Positions 58,587 through 64,000 of a stretch of DNA of 64,000 nucleotides are shown in pieces. The stretch lies in NCBI GenBank assembly GCA_964536975.1, contig CAZHYS010000002.1, positions 12,288-76,287 on the forward strand, written 5' to 3'. Numbering within the stretch: the stretch's first letter is position 1; each line of letters begins with the position of its first letter. The notes under the pieces are model-generated. The model saw only the letters and a program-made list of their open reading frames with translations. It had not been told where the DNA came from and ran no database searches. This DNA is from an uncultured Gammaproteobacteria bacterium (GTDB taxonomy: Bacteria > Patescibacteriota > Patescibacteriia > 2-01-FULL-39-33). Made by a program: the position numbers and the translations under genes.

Positions 58587-60281
58587 TTATTTTTTGATTT
58601 TTGTTTCTTTTTTCTTATTGCTAGCCGAGCCATTCATATCCGGCGGCGTGGCAATGCGGAACAACTCTTCCATTGTTGTCAGGCCACTTTTGACTTTTTG
58701 CAATCCATCCTCAAACAACGACACCGCCCCTTCCCGCCGCGCCAAGTCCCAAATTTGCTTGGTGGACGGATTGGTCAAAATCAATTCTTCCATCGCCGGA
58801 GTTATCGGCACGAATTCAAAAATCGCCACCCGACCGCTATAGCCGGTATTGTTGCAGGCGCTGCAACCCTTGCCTTTGTACAAAGTGGTCTTATTGCCGG
58901 AAAAAAATTTCTCCAATTTGGGAAATTGCCGGAACAATTCTTTGTTGTCCATCGGATAACTGTAGCGGCATTTTTCACAAATTCGCCGCACCAATCTCTG
59001 CGCCACCACCAGTTCCAAAGTGGACGCCATAAGAAACGGCTCAATCCCCATATCCAATAGCCGCGGAATGGCCGTCGGCGCGTCATTGGCATGAAAGGTG
59101 GACAAAAGCAGATGGCCGGTGAGTGAGGCATTGACGGCGATTTCCGCCGTCTCTTCATCGCGGATTTCTCCGACCAAAATAATATCCGGATCCTGACGAA
59201 CGATTGACCGCAGTCCCTTGGCAAAAGTGAGATTGGTCCGCTGATTGACCTGGATCTGATTGACACCAGTGATTTTGTACTCCACTGGATCTTCAATGGT
59301 AGTAATATTGACCGTGGAGCGATTAAGCGGCTTGAGCAAGGCATACAAAGTAGTGGTCTTGCCACTGCCGGTCGGACCAGTGACAAGAATCATGCCAAAC
59401 GGCTTTCTGGCCGCTTCCCAAAGCAAGTCCTGATCGCGACTGGATAAGCCGATATCAGTCAGGGAAAAACCGCGGACATATTCCGACAGAATTCTCATCA
59501 CGACTTTTTCGCCGTCCAAGGTTGGAATGACCGAGACGCGGAAATCGGTGGAACGGCCGTCACTGCGTTTGTACCTAATGGCGCCGTCCTGCGCCGCCAA
59601 ATGCTCATCTGTCCGCAAATGCGCCTGAACTTTTATCCGATTGATGATGTTCTCATAATAATCCTTATTCAATCGTCCCGCTTCCTGCAACACGCCGTCA
59701 ATGCGAAAACGAATGACTAGTTCTTTTTCCTGCGGCTCAAAATGGATATCCGAAGCGCGATACAAAATCGCGTCTTCAAAAATCTCGTCAATGATTTCCG
59801 GCGCGATCCGATCCTGGCTCTTGATAATGCGGGCAAAACGGGTATCCAAAGACTTTTGATAATGGACAAAAATATCATCAATGTCTTCCGCCAAAGAATA
59901 AGCAATGGTGATTTTTGCCTTGGGAAAAATCGCTTGCGCCGCCGCCAGCGATTTTTTCTTGTCCAGGCTGTCAGTAGCCACCGTCAGCTCCTTTTTGTTT
60001 TCACCAAACAAAACCAAGCGGCTCTTCTTGGCCGCCGCCTCCGGAATTTTGAGCACCTGCTCCCGTGATGGACGATTGGTGTTGAGATCGGCATAAGGCA
60101 TTTGAAAGCTCTCGGCAATCGCCTGCCCCAACAAATCCTTGTTGATGAGCTGTTCGCTAAGGAGATAATCAACCACCGTCAAGTTTTTCAATTTGGAAAA
60201 TTTTTCCGCTTTGTCAAAATCCTCCTTGGAAACATAACTGCCATCCAAGAGAATCTGCTTCAGCTTGGCAGTATCAAGCAT
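58587..60281 (-). CDS. pilB: Type IV pilus assembly ATPase PilB/GspE
   Basis: Walker A VTGPTGSGKTTTLYA and a C-terminal CxxC...CxxC motif. Confidence 0.9.
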   Translation of the reverse strand: MLDTAKLKQILLDGSYVSKEDFDKAEKFSKLKNLTVVDYLLSEQLINKDLLGQAIAESFQMPYADLNTNRPSREQVLKIPEAAAKKSRLVLFGENKKELTVATDSLDKKKSLAAAQAIFPKAKITIAYSLAEDIDDIFVHYQKSLDTRFARIIKSQDRIAPEIIDEIFEDAILYRASDIHFEPQEKELVIRFRIDGVLQEAGRLNKDYYENIINRIKVQAHLRTDEHLAAQDGAIRYKRSDGRSTDFRVSVIPTLDGEKVVMRILSEYVRGFSLTDIGLSSRDQDLLWEAARKPFGMILVTGPTGSGKTTTLYALLKPLNRSTVNITTIEDPVEYKITGVNQIQVNQRTNLTFAKGLRSIVRQDPDIILVGEIRDEETAEIAVNASLTGHLLLSTFHANDAPTAIPRLLDMGIEPFLMASTLELVVAQRLVRRICEKCRYSYPMDNKELFRQFPKLEKFFSGNKTTLYKGKGCSACNNTGYSGRVAIFEFVPITPAMEELILTNPSTKQIWDLARREGAVSLFEDGLQKVKSGLTTMEELFRIATPPDMNGSASNKKKETKIKK

Positions 60282-60301
60282 GGGAATTGTGATTATGATT
60301 T

Positions 60302-60694
60302 TTAAGAATTCAAAACTTTATTGACATGGTCAACGACTCTGGAAATCGGCGTGTCTGATTTGACAAAATAATCCTTGGCGCCGAGCTCCTTTACTCTCTT
60401 GATATCTTCTTCCTGACTTAAATTGCTGGAAACAATCACCGGCGTATGATCTTTTCTGTCTTTGAGTTCGGCCAGTACCGCAAAACCGTCCACTCGCGGC
60501 ATCATTAAATCTAACAATAGCAAATCAAACTTCTCCGCCTTCATCGCGTCAAGCGCTTCCCGCCCATTACCGACTGTTTTCACCTCAAAGCCTTCTTTAG
60601 TCAATTTTAATTCCAAGGCTTTGGCCATCGGCCGTTCATCATCGGCTACCAAAATTTTTTTTGGCTTTCCCGCCATAAATTGAGTTATCAACAA
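60302..60694 (-). CDS. Single-domain response regulator (CheY-like)
   Basis: A receiver domain with DLLLLDLMMP. Confidence 0.8.
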   Translation of the reverse strand: MLITQFMAGKPKKILVADDERPMAKALELKLTKEGFEVKTVGNGREALDAMKAEKFDLLLLDLMMPRVDGFAVLAELKDRKDHTPVIVSSNLSQEEDIKRVKELGAKDYFVKSDTPISRVVDHVNKVLNS

Positions 60695-60737
60695 TTGATA
60701 TTATAACATTTTTTATATCAAAAAACAAAACGAATTT

Positions 60738-61367
60738 TCATCTTATGTCCACTGCGCCCGAACGGAGCACTTCCGGCTCACTGGAAATTAGTGACGCCAA
60801 TGTTGACGGCGCCGATTCTTGCCGGCCAATGTCAACATAAAAATCAACGCTATTGCCAAAATAATCTTTAGCTTCTGTGGCAGTCATAGCTGGCGGCAAG
60901 CCCTCGGGATTGGCGCTTGGCGCGACCAGTGGTCCGGTCTGCCGGACAAGATCGCGGAGCTCATCATTGTCCGGCAGACGGAATGCCAGACTGTTTGTAC
61001 CGCGATGAAGATAGGCAAATTTTTCTTCCGCGCAAGCAAAAATAATGCTAATCTTTCCCGGCCAATATCGCTGACAAAAATTTTTCTGCTTATCTGACAA
61101 AACTATACCGAATAAATCCAAGCCGCCGATATCGGCAATCAAAATTATCAGCGGCTTGTCCGGCCGCCTTTTTCTGACTTGATAAATTCGCTCCACTGTA
61201 TCCGGATTTAACGCCCGGCCGACCAAGCCATAAATCGTATCCGTCGGCAACACACCGATGCCGCCGGATTTTAAAATGTTAATTGTTTTTTGAGTAAAAT
61301 TTTTCTTCATAAGCACGATTTTATTTATTCCTTCCTCTTCCCAAGTGAAGAAACGGAGAGGGGTCAT
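60738..61367 (-). CDS. tsaC: L-threonylcarbamoyladenylate synthase, TsaC/YrdC family
   Basis: VLPTDTIYGLVG...PLIIL. Confidence 0.8.
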   Translation of the reverse strand: MTPLRFFTWEEEGINKIVLMKKNFTQKTINILKSGGIGVLPTDTIYGLVGRALNPDTVERIYQVRKRRPDKPLIILIADIGGLDLFGIVLSDKQKNFCQRYWPGKISIIFACAEEKFAYLHRGTNSLAFRLPDNDELRDLVRQTGPLVAPSANPEGLPPAMTATEAKDYFGNSVDFYVDIGRQESAPSTLASLISSEPEVLRSGAVDIR

Positions 61368-61425
61368 GCCTTTTATTCCCTCCCCTTGTCTGAAGGGGAG
61401 GGATAGGGAGGGGTCTAAAACCCAA

Positions 61426-62124
61426 TTATTTATTAAAAAATTTACCCAACTTCTCCACTCTTATCGCGTCCTTCGCCTCAAACTCCCCCACTCTGCTTCG
61501 TTCCAAATCAGACAAATAACCGCCGACACCCAGCTCCTGGCCAATATCGCGAGCCAAAGCGCGAATGTATGTCCCCTTGCCACAAATGACTTTTATCCGC
61601 AAATCAGGATATTTATATTTTAAAATTTTTATTTCCCTGATTTCCACCGGTCGAGGCAAAAGTTCCACCTCCTTGCCGGCGCGAGCGGATTTATACGCTC
61701 GCCTCCCCTTCACTTTTATCGCGCTAAACTGCGGCGGAATCTGATTGATCTGCCCGACGAATTGTTTTATTATTTTTTCAATTTTAATTTTACTGACGAT
61801 TCGACTCCGCTCACCACAAGCTTTACGGACTTTTGACTTTATGGACTTTATAGACTTAATTCCTTCTTCATCATCAGTCGTACTCGTCATGCCCAATCTA
61901 ATGTCAGCAATGTATTCTTTTTCCTGGCCGACGATTTCCGACAGTTGCCTGGTTGCTTCGCGGCCGACGCCAATCACCAAAACGCCGCTGGCCAAAGGAT
62001 CCAGAGTGCCGGCATGACCGACTTTTTTGACTCCGGACAATTTTCTCACTCTGGCGACAATATCAAAAGAGGTCGGCCCCTTCGGCTTGTAAATACCAAA
62101 GATATTTTTAGTTTTGACATCCAT
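61426..62124 (-). CDS. truB: tRNA pseudouridine(55) synthase carrying an in-frame repeat insertion
   Basis: KPKGPTSFDIV...HAGTLDPLASGVL...TTDD. The start at 62124 (MDVKTK) is preferred over the upstream ATG at 62160 in the ORF track. Confidence 0.85.
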   Translation of the reverse strand: MDVKTKNIFGIYKPKGPTSFDIVARVRKLSGVKKVGHAGTLDPLASGVLVIGVGREATRQLSEIVGQEKEYIADIRLGMTSTTDDEEGIKSIKSIKSKVRKACGERSRIVSKIKIEKIIKQFVGQINQIPPQFSAIKVKGRRAYKSARAGKEVELLPRPVEIREIKILKYKYPDLRIKVICGKGTYIRALARDIGQELGVGGYLSDLERSRVGEFEAKDAIRVEKLGKFFNK

Positions 62125-62318
62125 ATTAAATTTGCTGCGCTCTAATATTCTTGCTGCCACCGCTCAGGGCAAGCTCCTTCGGCTTGTAAATACCAAAGAT
62201 ATTTTTAGTTTTGACATCCATATTAAATTTGCTGCGCTCTAATATTCTTGCTGCCACCGCTCAGGGCAAGCTCCTTCGGCTTGTAAATACCAAAGATATT
62301 TTTAGTTTCTTTCTCCAT
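62086..62318. repeat. 97-bp tandem direct repeat, two perfect units plus a diverged partial third
   Basis: A repeat marker recurs at 62087, 62184 and 62281, giving a period of 97. Each unit contains the truB start codon and its first 15 codons. Confidence 0.8.
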
Positions 62319-62393
62319 TGATTTATTCTAAACCATCTGATATAATTCCGACAAATAGTGCTATAAATCAAAGAACGGCGAAAGGAGGCAGAA

Positions 62394-62588
62394 ATGGATC
62401 GTTGCGTCGTTGAACTGGAAGTATGCAACTGTGATTGCCACAAGGGAATTCCGATGAATCACTTCGTGTCGTGCTGCGAAATTTGTCCTAGTTGTGGCCG
62501 GAACATCAAATCGGAGTGCTACCAGGCGCATCTTGCACGGTGCAACCCGGAAAAAGCATACGAAGCATACTTAGAATCATTCCAGTAA
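62394..62588 (+). CDS. Small Cys-rich metal-binding protein
   Basis: SD AAAGGAGG precedes it. The protein has CNCDCHKG...CCEICPSCGRN...C...C. Confidence 0.45.
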   Translation: MDRCVVELEVCNCDCHKGIPMNHFVSCCEICPSCGRNIKSECYQAHLARCNPEKAYEAYLESFQ

Positions 62589-62804
62589 TTCGCCGGCGGG
62601 TACGATGGTTAACCTTACACAACTCTTGACAAAATAGCCAAAACGCGCTAAACTGTCGTCGTTGAGGTAGCCTCAATTGCCGACAGAAAAATTCCGGATC
62701 TGACGGCATAAAAGACAGTAGCAACCGGTTGACTGGCAGTAATGTTCCGACTGCCGGAATATAAAGGACAAATGGAATGCCTCGCGACTTAGGGCTTGCG
62801 GGGC

Positions 62805-63977
62805 TTATTTTTTTCTATCAAATTTCCTGCGCTTTTGCCGGCTGGCGCGATTGCCAAAACGATGCGCTTCATCCCGTACTTTTAGTAATTGCTTTCTTGA
62901 TGCTTCGGCGAGTTCCTTGATCGGCTTTTTCGTGTCAGACGGAAACACCAGTTTATCACCGCCGAATTTGGAAATCCCGACCAGCGGAATACTGACATTT
63001 CTCGCCCGAAAAATCTTAACCACATAATCCACCTGCGGCTTGCCGCCATCAATCATAATCAAATCCGGCCGTGGCCACTCGGTATGGCTAAGCCGCCGGA
63101 TTATCATCTCTCCCAAAGCCGCCAAGTCATCACCGGCTGGCGCGGTCTTTATCTTGAACAAGCGGTACTGGGATTTATCCGGCTCGCCGCCGGTGAGCAC
63201 TGCCATCGCGCCATAAGTCTCGCGACCGGACAAGTGGCTGATATCATACCCTTCTATCCGATTAACACCGCGAGTGGATGCCGCTTCGTCGGCAGTGATA
63301 AGAGTGACATCCTGCAAACGCGACAATGCCGCCGCCCGCTCGGGGTGGTCTTTTTTAAGTTTAGCGATAAGCCGCTTTTTCTTGCCAGCAAAAAGCAAGA
63401 TGAGATTTGAGATATTACGCTGATAATCTGCTCGGCTGATAGCTTCAACGCAAATTCCTGGACACAAGCCGACCTGATGATCAAAACATGGCCGTCCCTG
63501 GCCTGGCCGGCAAGTGCTATAGGGAAAAATCCGGCGCACCAGTCGAAGGGCGTTTTTGAGCATGGTGGCATTTTGATACGGACCGAAAATCCTCCCTCGG
63601 CCGGCGGGAAATTTGTTGAGTTCCCGCTCGCGGACGATAAGCGGCCGTGGATAATCATCATCCGTAAAAACGACATAGACAAACGACCGATCATCTTTGT
63701 CTTTGATATTGTATTTCGGCCAATGCTTTTTGATCAAATTCGCCTCCAAAATAACGCTGTCCAAAATCGTCTCCGTGATTTGGTATTTGATGTCAGCCGC
63801 TGTTCTCGTCATTTCCGCGATTCGCGGCTCAATGTCTTTGCGAAAATATTGAGCAACTCGCTTTTTCAAATTAGTCGCGCGGCCGATATACAATATTTCC
63901 TTTTTCGGCCCCAGCCAAAAATACACGCCGGGCGCGTCAGGAAATTTTTTGGTTTTAGCGATTAATTTTTCGTTCAT
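62805..63977 (-). CDS. UvrC-family excinuclease, short (Cho-like); lacks the C-terminal HhH region
   Basis: An N-terminal GIY-YIG domain (GVYFW...YIGRA), the UvrC Cys motif CFDHQVGLCPGIC, and an endonuclease V-like segment. Confidence 0.7.
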   Translation of the reverse strand: MNEKLIAKTKKFPDAPGVYFWLGPKKEILYIGRATNLKKRVAQYFRKDIEPRIAEMTRTAADIKYQITETILDSVILEANLIKKHWPKYNIKDKDDRSFVYVVFTDDDYPRPLIVRERELNKFPAGRGRIFGPYQNATMLKNALRLVRRIFPYSTCRPGQGRPCFDHQVGLCPGICVEAISRADYQRNISNLILLFAGKKKRLIAKLKKDHPERAAALSRLQDVTLITADEAASTRGVNRIEGYDISHLSGRETYGAMAVLTGGEPDKSQYRLFKIKTAPAGDDLAALGEMIIRRLSHTEWPRPDLIMIDGGKPQVDYVVKIFRARNVSIPLVGISKFGGDKLVFPSDTKKPIKELAEASRKQLLKVRDEAHRFGNRASRQKRRKFDRKK

Positions 63978-64000
63978 TTGTTTTGATCTGTAGAGACGCC

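Noticed and set aside
62125-62160. Upstream truB start MAARILERSKFN (ORF-track start 62160)
   Set aside because: It falls inside the 97-bp duplicated unit. The MDVKTK start at 62124 aligns with the TruB N-terminus and with the uORF pattern. The alternative cannot be fully excluded.

Overview
The window reads as an AT-rich chromosome segment of a small-genome bacterium, possibly a CPR/Patescibacteria-like organism. The basis is short proteins, many small CxxC proteins, a type IV pilus-like operon and fermentative enzymes (ADP-forming acetyl-CoA synthetase, PPDK). Most of the coding content is housekeeping genes on the minus strand: def-fmt, gltX, serS, lysS, pheT-pheS, the ribosomal cluster infA-rpmJ-rpsM-rpsK-rpsD-rpoA-rplQ-rplM-rpsI, rnpB (RNase P RNA), rnhA, recJ, lepA, murJ, truB, tsaC and a short uvrC-like gene. 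The unusual content is non-coding. At least five recurring intergenic repeat/palindrome families appear in many copies, including two MITE-like hairpin elements. murJ is bracketed by two ~213-bp inverted repeats that look identical by eye. One copy of the main intergenic repeat is inserted in-frame inside truB, in the manner of Rickettsia RPE elements. A perfect 97-bp tandem duplication covers the truB start codon and leader, creating two 31-aa upstream ORFs. There are several GC-rich patches with structured-RNA-like hairpins, including a ~320-nt promoter/terminator-delimited candidate ncRNA, and several tightly packaged small-protein cassettes. Base composition (estimated by eye at 40-45% GC), repeat identity and all homology calls are judged by eye and memory, not computed.
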